Shown here piece after piece: positions 13,180 to 25,216 of a stretch of 64,000 nucleotides of DNA (its first letter is position 1; the number at the start of each line of letters is the position of its first letter). Both the position numbers and the translations under genes were made by a program. This stretch comes from Takakia lepidozioides (Eukaryota; Plantae; Bryophyta): contig CM060733.1 in NCBI GenBank assembly GCA_030704615.1, positions 9,858,001 to 9,922,000 on the forward strand, written 5' to 3'. Under the pieces are notes generated by a model. It searched no databases. It was not told the origin of the DNA and saw only the letters and a list, made by a program, of their open reading frames with translations.

Positions 13180-15977
13180 GTCTATCTTCTGGCCCTCCCA
13201 CAGGGACTGACACGTTGGAGGTTTTCATGCCGCTTAATCAAGGAGGCGCACCACCAGTCGACCAGGCCCGGTACTTCCCAGTGGCTGAAATAAAAGAGGC
13301 TACAAAAAACTTAAGCCAAAAAATTGGGGAGGGAGGTTTTGGCCCTGTGTTTCTTGGCAAGACAAAAGAAGGACATGAAGTAGCTGTAAAGGTGTTGGCA
13401 CAGGATTCTCATCAGGGAGTGCGAGAATTTTTCAATGAGGTGAGAGACAAGTGCTTGCTTTGCACCCTGTGACTAAAGCTCTTAGGACATGTTTAATTAT
13501 GTTAACTGCAGATTTGTTTTGTGTAGATTACCCCGCTATGATTGACCTATGAAGGGCTCCCATGTTTGTTTGTAATAGGGGTATGAAGATTGGTATGGCA
13601 GGTGAATCTGCTGTCACGAGCGCATCATCGTAATTTGGTGTCCCTCTTGGGCTACTGCCATGATGTGAAGGAGCGAATGTTGGTCTATGAATACATGTCA
13701 AAGGGAAGCTTACATGAGCACCTGCATGGTACGCCATATGAACAGTTTCCAGCTACATGACACACACTGATGTAGCTTTCCATTTTACTGGCTATTCACC
13801 CCAGAGGAGATAACCCTGTAACAATGTATGTATGGGACTGCTGTATCTCTCAGACAGCCAATGATGTCACTTGTCCCAGATTGAGGTTTCAAACACTAGG
13901 CGGTGACAAACACAAACTTGAAATTGACTGGATGTGGAGGAAACATACCATTTTGGTATGACACCAGTATTACTGTGCACAGCAATGACTGCAACATTAG
14001 TCTCATTGTGGTATAGTAATAACCCCATTGTCAGCCACACTTCAACTTAACAAGAGAGGGAGAGGGAGTGAGCACATGCATGGCCATGCCATTTCAAGGG
14101 CAATGAGATGGTTGGCAGCTTGCATGTTATAGAATGTACTCACAAGACGTTGTTTGCCGTAGCCTTGTGGCATCGACCCAAAGCTTGCATGTTGTAGAGA
14201 AAGAGATTTGTTTTGTGGTACTGGTATTTGCTAATCTAGGCAACTACTGGACTTGTGGCCTTTGTGTAGAGCTGACCACGGACAGGGGACCACTGGACTG
14301 GACCACTCGCCTCAACCTTGCTCTTGATTCTGCCAAAGGTACATCTATAGACTTGAATCCAGGGACAGTAATTCATTGATGTATGACATGATGGTTTGGC
14401 CTATCCTGTAGAAAATTTGTGCATGCCATTTTGATGTGGCCTCCTGCTGGGGATGATAGCTCTGGAGTATAGGTACAATTTTCTCCCGCGATTCGTCAGT
14501 ATCAGGACAAGTCAAGGATGAGCAGTTTTGGATTTGTTCCGTTTTGCAAAGGGTATCACTAGAAGATCTTCATCCCTTTCTGAAGAATTTTGTATAGATT
14601 TGCTCTATGTCTAAGTCTACTAGTGTAAGAGAACTCAATTACAACCCCTTGTGCCAGGACTGGAGTATTTACACACAGGATGCAACCCCAGCATAATACA
14701 CCGGGATGTGAAAAGCAGGAACATTCTCCTCACAAACAAGATGGTTGCCAAAGTGGCTGACTTTGGTCTCTCAAAGCTCACCTCTGATGACTGTTCTCAC
14801 ATCTTCAGTGCCGTCCAGGGCACCGTTGGGTACCTTGATCCGGAGTATGAGAATCTTACCTTCTCTTGCTTTTGCATGACACATGACCCAATCTTTTGCA
14901 TTATTCAGTGTCCTCGATGAATTACATGTGCACTGCACGTTGTATAAGCAGAACTTGAACTTTCTGAAGTTTGAAAGTTCCACAAGAGTGTTGCAAATAG
15001 GTATCTTTACACTCTGATTGATGATTATCTGACTTTTTCGCAACACAGGTATTACCAGTCACAGCAGCTGACAATGAAGAGCGATGTCTACAGCTTTGGC
15101 GTGGTACTGCTGGAGATACTTTCAGGACGTGAGGCCCTTTCTCCAAAACGTGATCCTGCAGACTTCAGCTTAGTCAATTGGGTGAGGCTCATCTTTATGT
15201 CCTGGTTTATTGTATTTGATGGTCCTCCAGATCTATCCAAACTCTTGGGCAGTAGTTTTCAGGATAGGGTTGCTTGAATGCTTAACATATCACATCATAC
15301 TAAACAGCATAATGCTGATTCTACCAATTCCAGAGTAGCCTCCACCTGACATATGTAACATGTGTGGCGGTAGTCATACTATCAGCAATGCGTATTAGTA
15401 AAGAGGGCAAGCATTGAGAGAAAGGTTGGTTGCCGTCAGGGCCTTACACGGCTTGCCAAGGTATTGGGGTCCACTGGGTTTAAGATTATGGTGTCAGAAT
15501 CACGTGCTACTATAAGTGTCCAATTGTGAAAGTACCATGCACAGTCAGATCTAGCAGATGAAGCAGCTTCAGCAGATATTGAGATATACTGGTTGTTGGA
15601 TGTGATGCTCTGAATAGGCAAGGACACTCTTACAGAAGGGGAACCTCGACGCCATCATTGACCCGGTACTAGGCACAAACTATAGTATAGAAGCTATGTG
15701 GAAGTTCGCAGAGCTGGCAATGTTGAGCGTGGAGCCACTTTCCCACCACCGGCCTGACATGATCGAAGTTGTTAAGGAGATCACAGATGTGATTCATCTT
15801 GAGTCATTCCGAAGCTCCAGTTTGAATGAACAAAGAAAGGGCTGGGATCATTTGAGTCTTTCCAAAGGTTTCACTCTGGCAGATGATGATGACACTTCTC
15901 TCACCTTACCTTTACCCCATGCGTCATCTGATCTCAATCAAACTTTTGTAGCATGTGTGAGACCGTCAGCGAAGTGA
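13180..15977 (+). CDS. Ser/Thr protein kinase (RLK/Pelle, LRR-I type kinase domain); ectodomain-less paralog of the 49422-62252 gene. Approximate exons 13180-13439, 13602-13728, 14270-14338, 14658-14844, 15049-15181, 15618-15977; possible start ATG at 13227
   Basis: [43 protein letters not shown] all intact; intron positions match the downstream paralog. Confidence 0.8.
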
Positions 15978-16781
15978 TTCACCTGACACTTCCATTTTCC
16001 AAACTCAAATCTCTTTTGTATTTGTACTTAGACATTGCCAGTCAACCCATGTGTGTCCAGATACAGCCCAAGTAAGCTCTGTCTCGATGGCTGTCGGTCC
16101 CCCTTTGGTCAGATCAAAGTGGGCATGGAGGCACAAACTGGGTTTAAATTCCAAGATCAGCATGCTCCCTTGTTCATTGTAAGGAAGGGATATTTTTGGT
16201 CATATTATACATGAGCTTATCAGATTAGAAACTCACTTGGAGCATCTGTGATGTGAATGGTAGCCAAATTGTGTCTGAACTTTGAAGCAGCCCATTGGCA
16301 GAGCATAAACCACAAAGGTTGGTTACATTAAAGATCAACCATAAGTCTATTTGTATATCTTGATGTTGTAGGTGTCCTCCCTCAGGGCTCTGGACAGGAC
16401 AAATAAAAAAATGTCTTTCTTTCTCTGCATGTGTCACCCCAGAGTCTCAACTAAAGTTGCACAACTCCCAAAATTGGCTCACATTTGTCCTTGACTCCTC
16501 GACAGAATGGATTGATGCAGACAGACCGGTTTTTGGGATCAGTTTTGATTAATGTTTCCAAGTGTATAATCTAGGGGTCCATTTGAGAGCATAGACCTGA
16601 CCCAACAAGCTTAGGCTGGATGCAATGCAGTTTGACACTTTCACAGGCAGGTTTGGCCAAAGCATGAAACTTAACATGTCTTCATCCTATTATACATGTA
16701 TGTATGTATGTATGTATGTATGACGGCAGCTTAAATAAGAGCCTCTTCCCCTTATGGGTACTGCTTCATATCTCCAGGCGA

Positions 16782-17231
16782 TCTAATCAATATATGAATC
16801 GAGATGTTTGTTTTGTTTTGTTTTGTAGATTTGAGATGTCCCAAACCGCGAGGCCCCAGCCCTGGTGCTTGGTACCGTTGGAAAGCCCTCGACGAGGAGG
16901 GGTGCACGGGCTTGGTCTCATGATTTTTGGACCTGCAGTAGGGAGGTGTGGAATTTCAAGTACTTTGGGTCGCTGGCAAAGTGGGAGGTCCTGGGTCAAT
17001 GGTTGGAGCCTCGAGAGGAGAGATATCAAGGGGAAGGTCTCCGGTTCAAATCTGGTTGTAGGCTCTGTGGAAAAAAAATGCATTTGGACTTAGATGACGT
17101 CGGACCCTTGGGCCAACGGCAGAGGCTACCCAAGAGGTCGCACTTGGGCCTCGACATAGGAGATGCACTGGCATACATAGGAAATTGCACTTGACACTTG
17201 ACACTTGGGCCAACAGCACAGGCTACCCTAG
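16782..17231 (+). mobile_element. Non-autonomous Helitron
   Basis: 5' TC preceded by A (16781); 3' gggccaacagcacaggctacc-CTAG followed by T; homologous to the copies at 62998-64000. Confidence 0.75.
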
Positions 17232-17325
17232 TAGCTATAAGGTGGAGGTTTTGAACGATATTTTCAGGTTTGTTGTAGGCCACCAACGTTGGGGCCATGA
17301 ACCCCACCTCTAACTCCAGCAGTGA

Positions 17326-17512
17326 ATAACAATAATAATAATATGTAACACCTCCCCAAGGAAGCGTAAATTATGGTGTCTCTTGACCCAAAAGGGCTAT
17401 TGCCTTCCAGCAGGAAGGTGGACACCTTTGTGACACCAATCGGTGGATTGAACCCACACCCACTTCCGATCTGGTGTGTGCCCTCTACCACTCCGCTACA
17501 ACTGGTTGTTGT
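17326..17512 (-). mobile_element. tRNA-derived SINE (family 1)
   Basis: Minus strand has A box TAGCGGAGTGG, B box GGGTTCAATCC, conserved body and (TTA)n tail; homologs at ~32030, 33460, 34943, ~59085. Confidence 0.8.
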
Positions 17513-17824
17513 AGTGATAATGGTCAATGGCGGGGAACACTAGCCATACACTCGAAGAGACATACACGTGATTGGTATTAAATACCTAAATCTTTTGGAT
17601 GCAAAGTTTGTTGGATTAAATATATGTAAAAGTCACCTAATAAGACATCTTCACTTTTGGTGCATGCACACGTGGATGGAAATAGGTTGTATCCATCCAC
17701 CTTTTTTTTTTTTCAAAAAAATATCACCCGGAAAGCCTGCAACCGTCACACTGTATTAAATATAGTGAGAGGGGAAAATAACCAGTGTTGTGCGGGTTGT
17801 GCCTTTGCTGGAGGAGAGGATTCA

Positions 17825-18305
17825 TGTGGAGCTCCATATTCCATGGCGGTGCATATGCTCTCCTGTCAGTTCCTTGGATGAAAAGCATGGGGTTGTTGGA
17901 CATTAATGATAAAAGGGACTATCTTTGGTTATATGATTGTCCTACATTAACAGTCATGATAAGCCAACCTGGAAACTGAGCTGGCTGATCTGAGGTCTTG
18001 TAATCTGTATGTCCAATAAGAGTGCTGCATCTGGATCTCCAGATTAGCCTCTCCCGATTATTTAAATGAAGAGATCATCAGGCTTAGGCAGGATGTTTTT
18101 GGTGTACAAACTGGTGCGGTGGATGTGTGAAGGACGCTGGAGGAAACTGTGTTGATGCTTTGCTGCTTGCAACGATTGGCTTAGATTGTATGTGTGCTCT
18201 GCAATAGATCCTTCCCTGTTAGCTTGGCAAAGTTGTATAGCTTACAATCCCCTGTGCATGACTTAACCCGCAGAGGACGAGAGCATATCCTTGCGTCGGG
18301 GTTCT
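17825..18305 (+). repeat. 5' LTR (segment A, 481 bp)
   Basis: TGTGGAGCTCC...GGGGTTCT, repeated at 25230-25711; abuts the PBS with no terminal CA. Confidence 0.95.
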
Positions 18306-18321
18306 TGGTGGAGATGGGGGG
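18306..18321 (+). promoter_or_regulatory. Primer-binding site complementary to the tRNA-Ala 3' end
   Basis: TGGTGGAGATGGGGGG versus the reverse complement of plant tRNA-Ala ...CCCCGCATCTCCACCA (one mismatch). Confidence 0.8.
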
Positions 18322-18533
18322 CATTTAAATCTAACGGCCCTGGTGTCATGTTAATGATAGCCTAGGTTCGGTCTGGCTATGGTGCAAAGACGGCTGTACG
18401 AGAAAATCTAGAAAGATGGCAGCGCAATCCACTATGATCAATCATTTGTCCCTCCTGGTGTATGTTGTTTCTGCTGATTTTGTGTGTCTTGTGCTTTCCT
18501 ACTTTGTGAGTGAACACTGTGCAAACAACGACC

Positions 18534-19484
18534 ATGGCTTCCAGTTCGAATGATGCTGCTTCGTTTGAGATTGAAGAAGATTCGTTTGAAGCTGCCTTCC
18601 TGAGTGTTGTGCATGATACTGCGTCCCCTGAAGTACTGAGGCCTTACGAAGGAGAACTGCGAGTGAGGGGAGACGCGGAGATTCCACTTGACGTGCCCTC
18701 GGCCTACTGGATACAGAAATTTGAGCAAACGGCCGTTGATGAAGCTCGCAAGACCGTGAGTTTTGAAGGAGAAAAACGAGAGCAGCTTCGCAAGATTGTT
18801 GAAGCTAAGCAGGGTGCATTTGCTGGCAAACTTCTGCAGAAGCTGCATGCAAAAGAAATCGCCAAGTGTTTACCTCGGGAGGTCATCCGTGAGCGACTTG
18901 GACAGGGCGAGCTACTCACTTGGCCACAGATTGGAGTGCCTAAGTTTGTTGTCACGCGAGATCGCACCAACAACCTTGAGAGCTTTCTGCACCCGAAGGT
19001 TCCTAGTGGCTATCGTTTTTGGGAGCTTGTTCGGAGTTGGAGTGCGGCGGCGCTGACAAACATACACCCTGCCTGGACTCCCGATCAGCCTGCTGATGAT
19101 TTTTCGTGGGAACAATCCATTACTGGCATCCCCCCCCCGCACTTGTTTCACCTCTCTGCGCGGGATATTGTGATTTTTCCTGGCAAAACCTTTGATCAAG
19201 AGAAGGTTGGGCTCTGTCGAGTCCAGACTCCTGTTGACAAGTATCCGTTGCACTCCCTGGTAGTCAAGGAGAGGGTAGTGCGCACGGTGACTCGTGCTGC
19301 ATTTTGGCTGAAGGTGGCTCAGTCACTTTGGCATCTGCAGGGCGAAGCTGTGTATCTCAGTTATAATCATCGTTTCATCTCTTCCTACACCGTCACGGAT
19401 TGGGAGAAGTGCATGCTGCATCCCAGTGACAGGTGTTTTTCTCTGTGCCTTGATCTTCATTTGCATTATCTTAGTGGATGCTGA
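18534..19484 (+). CDS. Extra ORF (ORF0, ~316 aa) of unknown function upstream of gag
   Basis: Uninterrupted ORF just after the PBS; its stop overlaps the putative gag ATG (ATGCTGA, 19478-19484). Confidence 0.6.
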   Translation: MASSSNDAASFEIEEDSFEAAFLSVVHDTASPEVLRPYEGELRVRGDAEIPLDVPSAYWIQKFEQTAVDEARKTVSFEGEKREQLRKIVEAKQGAFAGKLLQKLHAKEIAKCLPREVIRERLGQGELLTWPQIGVPKFVVTRDRTNNLESFLHPKVPSGYRFWELVRSWSAAALTNIHPAWTPDQPADDFSWEQSITGIPPPHLFHLSARDIVIFPGKTFDQEKVGLCRVQTPVDKYPLHSLVVKERVVRTVTRAAFWLKVAQSLWHLQGEAVYLSYNHRFISSYTVTDWEKCMLHPSDRCFSLCLDLHLHYLSGC

Positions 19485-20580
19485 CCAGGCGTCGTGCTAA
19501 ACTATTGGAGTCTGAGAGTGCTAAGATGAGTGAATGGAAGGAAGGGATAGAGGAGATCTTTGGTGATGATTTAGTTCCTGGTCCTGAGACACAACCTGCT
19601 GCGACATCAAGAGGCATCAATCATCCGGACGGCTTGGACTTACAAGATCTTTGTGATGCCTTGAAAATTATCTCTGATTGTCCCGCTTTGTTGGAACTGT
19701 GTTGAACAAACAAACTAATTCTATACAAACAGTTGTCAAACCTCATGAATTCAAACTTGTCAAACAGCCATACCCAGAGTTTAAGCTGGGTGACCATTTT
19801 GATAATTTTTTTGAGGTTCTTTGAGTTAAGCATGAAAATGAATGTTGTGCCAGCGGAATTTATTTCCAGCACGTGCAGGTTTTGTTTAAAAGGAGAGGCT
19901 CAGATTCTGTTTGAAGCCAGTATCCAGGATATGGGAGAAATCTCCTAGAAGATGGCCAAAGAATTGGCTCACCAGCTGTTTCAGGAGATTAAACCCACCC
20001 ATCATGCCATTCTTGAAAGAAAGTTTTGCATAGGAGAAAGTGTGTGGAAGTACTATGCAAAAATCAGGACTTCGGTATGCAAGGCAGTGCCAGTGGTGGC
20101 TGAGAGACCTTTGGCCACCAAGATTTCTTTCATCAAAGGGTTACCACCAGCTGAACAAGTGTTCTTGGAGAAAAACTCATATAAAATAGACAAGGAGATG
20201 GTTCAGCTCATTGAGGAAAGGGCTCGCATCAAGGCAGCAAAGAGGGGTTTAGCTCCTACCAAACGGTCTCAGGTCATGTTACATGATGTTGATACATGTA
20301 CTGGTACTGATGGGGATGAGGGCTGCCTAGAATTGTTGCCTGCTGTTGTGAGAAATGTGTAGGATACTGTAAGAACAGAGCTGCAGGCTTTCAAAGCTGA
20401 AAGTCATTGGCGGACTTCTGAGAAAGGCAGGTCATAGAGGTCGAACCAATACTGGTTCAGGTTATCAGGAACGAGCAGCCTGCCTGATTTGTAAGAGCAC
20501 TGAGCACCGGACCGGGTTTTGTCCCATGCAGCCAGACTTACCTGCCATCTATGAGCAATGGAAACGAGATCAAAAGGGTA
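19478..20580 (+). pseudogene. gag: gag (disrupted), with a CCHC zinc knuckle
   Basis: MLTRRRAK start; ESVWKYYAKI..SFIKGLP; CLICKSTEHRTGFC at 20481-20522; internal stops and frameshifts. Confidence 0.8.
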
Positions 20581-20596
20581 AGGGTGCTTTAAACGA

Positions 20597-23500
20597 GTGA
20601 GGTCATCTGCTAAGGAAGGGCCATGTGATTACAGGTGTAGACCTTCTAAACCATCAGCTACTTTGCTTGTGTCCACCAATTTCAAGTTGCTCCATACTGA
20701 GGTGGTGAAAACCAAGCATAGAGAGCGTATTCACCCCTTAATGACACAGTGTCATATTGGTCACTTGTCTTTTCAATGTGTCATAGACACGGGCTTTACA
20801 GTATCTGCCATTCCTTTGCATGTGGTTCAAGTTCTGGGTTTGAAAATGTCTCCAGCCAAGGGTATTGAGGTCACCATAGCTGATGGAACCAGCTATGAAC
20901 CCCTTGGTTTAGTTAGTGTACCAGTAAGAATTAGTCGCAAGGTTGTCACCATCACAGTGATTGTAACCATGGGCAAACAACTACTTTTAGGGTTAGATTG
21001 GATGTCTGAAGCCATGGCTTCCATTGATCTTTGTACTAATGTTATGATCTTGACGGATGGTGAAGGTGTCAGCTGCAAAGTTAATTTGAATCAGATCCCT
21101 ATCCTGGCAGGCAGTGGGACCAGACATCTTGCTTGCATGAAGGCTGTCTCACGAGAAATCAGACAAAGGGCTGGAGACACATACAACTGGACTAGATTCT
21201 TTGGTCTTCAGAGTAGCCCAACGATGCTTTTACACTAGTGGTACATACCTGTTGTTGGCTGCAAGACTAGTGCTCCCATGCTTGATAAGGGTGACACCCT
21301 TCTTCTTAGAGCCCCTGCTAATGTTCAATTATCTGCTATGTCTCAAGTCATTGTGTCTACAGGCCTTGCTTTCATCTGCCCCAAGGCAAATACCTTGAGA
21401 TTGAGGGTTGGAAACGCCTATCATTACAAAAACATTGCTTGGTTGCATCAGGGCTTTTGGATAGGGGTTTTAGGGGTCATATTTGCATGTTGATTGCCAA
21501 TCCAGAGTGTATGCCTGTCACCATTAAGAAGGGTCAAGTGCTGGCCAGGCTCATTGCTATGCCCATCAGTGACATATCCTCGGTGGAGCCAACTTTACAT
21601 CTACGAGATATTGGTCTGGAAGATGATCCTCTGGATGGTCTGATTGCTATGATCAGTTTAGCTGCAGCCCCAACAATTCAGAGCCTCACTACTGAGCAAG
21701 AAGCTCACTTTCAACAGGTATTGGCTGAGATTAAGGTGGGTGAACTGACTGATTCTCAACAAGCTCAATTGCATCTGCTGCTCAAAAGAAACTTGGACAT
21801 ATTTAGCAAAGGTTCACATGACCTGGGCTGCACCAAGATACTTGAGCATGAAATTATTACTGAAGGAAAACCAGTCAAACAATATGCTTACAAAGAATCT
21901 ATTCGTGAAAGAGCAGTTATTCAAGAAGAAATTAGGAAGCTGTTGGATTCCGGAGTGATCAAACCTTCTGTTTCCCCCTGGGCTAGTCCCATTGTGCTTG
22001 TGGGGAAGAAAGATGGCACCACACGCTTCTGTGTGGACTTTCGAAGGTTGAATGCAATATCCCCTGCCACGTATCAATGAGACCCTAGACCAACTTAATG
22101 GGGCAACTATCTTTTCTTCTCTTGATTTAGCCTCTGGGTTCTGGCAAGTTCCACTAACGGAGGACTCCAAAGAAAAGACTGCATTTACCTGCAGGTATGG
22201 GCTGTTTCAGTACGAAACCATGCCATTTGGGCTTTGTAATGCCACTGCTACCTTCCAAAGGCTCATGGACGTGGTCCTTGGTAATTTAAGATGGGAATGT
22301 GCTCTTATATATGTAGATGACATCAATATTTATTCCAGCAGCTTTGCATCTCACCTTTTGGACCTGCAAAGAGTAATGAGCAGGTTACAAGGTGCTGGAC
22401 TTAAAGTTAAGGCAAAGAAATGTGATTTTTGTATGTTGGAGTTGCGCTTTTTGGGACACGTTCTTTGTGGGGATGGCATCAAACCTGACTTAACCAAAGT
22501 CCAGGCAGTTTGGGATTTTCCTATCCCGAAGGATAAACATTGTGTAAGAGCATTCTTAGGCCTTGCATCTTATTATAGAAGGTTCATCCTTCATTTTGCT
22601 AAGCTAGCTGGTCCCTTGTTTTACTTGCTTTGCAAAGATGTTAAATTTCAGTGGGGTAAGGCAGAAGCGTTGGCCTTTGAGAGACTCAAGATAGCCTTGA
22701 CTTCTGCTCCTATACTCATATTTCCTGATTTCTCCATTCCCTTTCTGTTGCAGACTGATGCTAGTGACCTAGCTGTTTCAGCCATAAGAAGGATGGTCGT
22801 GAGCACGTTGTTGCTTATGCATCTAGAAGGCTCGATAAGCATGAGAGAAATTATAGCATTACCAATAAGGAAGGCCTCGCAGTTATATTTGGTGTCAGGC
22901 ACTTCCGTCAGTATTTACATGGTTGTTATTTTATTGTTGAGACTGACCACCTGCCTCTCAAAGCCTTGAAAACCCCACAAGAATTATCAGGTAGATTGGC
23001 TCGCTGGCCTCTTCTTCTACAAGGGTTTGAATATGACATTGTATATAAAAAGGGCAAAGAAAATGGTAACGCTGATGCATTGACAAGAGGGGAAACAAAG
23101 GTTCCCACCCCTTACTCTTCTCTTGATGATTTAATTGCTTTACCTGCATTTGTTCCTACTTCTATCATCACTGAAGATCAGCTTTTGTTTTGTAGCTTGC
23201 TTGATGAGATGCCTAGGTCTATGAACTTGTTGGATGATTGGGATCTCATGACATTTGACCCTGGTTGATCATCTTGTGGGTGGAAGGGTGTGCAGCAGAT
23301 CGTATCTGCAGATTTCAGAGTGGTTGTATCTTCTTAGCTTAGGCATATCCTGTCTTTTCCATAGTTGCAATAGTGATATATTCCCCTTAGGACCTGCGCT
23401 TCAGCCCTGCCTGTTACCTCCATGACCATGTTCAGATGTGGTATGAGACTCTTATGTTATAGGAGAACACAGAGGCGGACACTCCTATCTCCTCATATTA

Positions 23501-24790
23501 ACCCACTGCTCGCTGGTCTTGCTAAGTGTACAGGTATGGAGTATCAGTTGCATTTGGCTCTACTCCATAAGTGCATGACCGGCACTCAACTTCCAGGCAT
23601 ATCCAAGGCTACTCAAAGACATGTTAACTATCATTTTCCCCATTGTGAGGCACGTGAAGGTAAACTGTTCATGAGGATTGCCTTGGAAGGTCAGACCCAT
23701 GCTATGGAGGTTCCTAATATGGATTCAGTTTCAGAGTTGCTTGAGTTGCATCATTCTTCTGCTTTTGCTGGTCACTTGGGCATCACTAAGACCTTGAAGA
23801 GGCTCCAAGAGAGGTATCATTGGAAAGGGATGGTTCAAGATGTTACACACTTTATCTCTTGTTGTGTGGAGTGCCATTCTCAGACACTGCTTCCTAGAGC
23901 CCGTCCTTCACTTGCTTTGCAACCCATTCCGGTGTCTGAACCATTCGCCAGAGTGGGCCTAGATTTTGTTGGATCACTCCAGCCTACGATTAAGGGACAT
24001 TGTTACATTGTTGTGGCAACTGATTACCTATCTAAGGATGCAGACACAGTGGCACAATTCTTCTTCAACGAGGTCATCTTGTGCCATGGCTGTCCCCAGG
24101 AGATCCTCACCGATCAAGGCTCTGAATTTTGTAATCAGCTCATGCAGATTCTGTGTTTTAATTTGGGTGTTAAGCATCGTACGACTGCACCCTATCATCC
24201 TCAATGCAATGGCTTGACTGAAAGGTTCAATCATACCATGTGTGCTATGCTTGAGAAGACAGGGTCACTCTTGGGTGATTGGGATACTACTCTATCCACT
24301 CTGATTTTTGCTTATCGGACCTCTGTGCACTCTACCACCAAATATTCTCCATTTGAGTTACTCTATGGTAGAAAGGCTCGCACTCCCCTGTATAATACTC
24401 CGTTGCTCACTCCCATTGCAGAGCCTACTGATTGGCAGCAATTTGTGGATGTTATGCTTCCAAACGACTTGTCTTTGAAACTAAGGCCAGGACTAACATT
24501 TCTCGGGCTCAGGCTGTGCAGGCTCGTAACTACAACATGAAAGTTCACTACTCAGAGGAGGCCAAACTGTGTGTGTCCGTCTGCAATCTGGGAAAATTAT
24601 CTCCAAAGCTTCAAAGCGCATTGAGGGTCCTTATCTCATCACTGAAAAACTTCGTGGGAGAAAGTTCATGTTGCTTCCCCAACATCATTCCACGCCACCC
24701 ATAACTCACCTTGTGCATGTGGACTCCCTGGTGCACAACAGATTGGTCTTCGATCTCACCTGCATCAATGTAGAAGGCATGACAACTGGC
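20597..24790 (+). pseudogene. pol: pol (disrupted): protease, dUTPase-like domain, reverse transcriptase, RNase H, integrase
   Basis: VIDTG and LLGLDW (PR); SPWASPIVLVGKKDG..RFCVDFRRLN, LDLASGFWQ, MPFGLCNA, YVDD (RT); LQTDAS, RLARW, NADALTR (RH); H..GH...C..C, GLDFVG, TDQGSEF, NGLTERFN (IN). Confidence 0.95.
21270..21570 (+). other. dUTPase-like domain within pol, between PR and RT (one frameshift near 21390)
   Basis: LRAPANVQL..SQVIVSTGLAFICP / YLEIEGWKRLS..LVASGLLDRGFRGHICMLIAN..VTIKKGQVLARLI follows the trimeric dUTPase pattern TG-x-x-x-x-P, G-x-I-D-x-x-Y-x-G, G-x-R-I-A-Q-L. Confidence 0.7.
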
Positions 24791-25208
24791 TGATTTTTGT
24801 GTGTGATTGAGTGCAAGGATTAAAGGCTGGAGTGTTGCAGCCTTGTGTGTTTTCTGGAGGTCCAAGCCCTCTCTTATGTGCTTTCTGATGGTTCAACCAG
24901 TGGCCATCCCTGGTGTTGTGTGGTGTGCAAATAATGGTCTGCTGCAGACCAGTGACATCTGGTGTTAGAGGAGGTGGAAGACCTTGGCACAGGCTTTAGC
25001 TTCGTGTTAGTGTTTTGCATCACTGTTGTAACGTGATAGGGGTTTTTCCCCCAGCGAGTTTTGCCCTTAGCCCACTTTGCAGGTGCAAGGTTTTCTCGCT
25101 GAGGGTTTTTTCATCCCTCTCGTGCCGGATGCTAGTATTAGGTATGGTGTGATTTACTTAGCTTCGGTAGTTCGGTATTTCAGTTAGCTCGCAGGAGCTC
25201 GCTTTCCT

Positions 25209-25216
25209 AGCGGGGG
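25209..25216 (+). promoter_or_regulatory. Short purine-rich tract, candidate PPT
   Basis: AGCGGGGG directly before segment B and the 3' LTR. Confidence 0.5.

Noticed and set aside
16704-17194. ORFs within the Helitron copies (also 63189-63879)
   Set aside because: No Rep/helicase motifs; frames are not consistent across all copies
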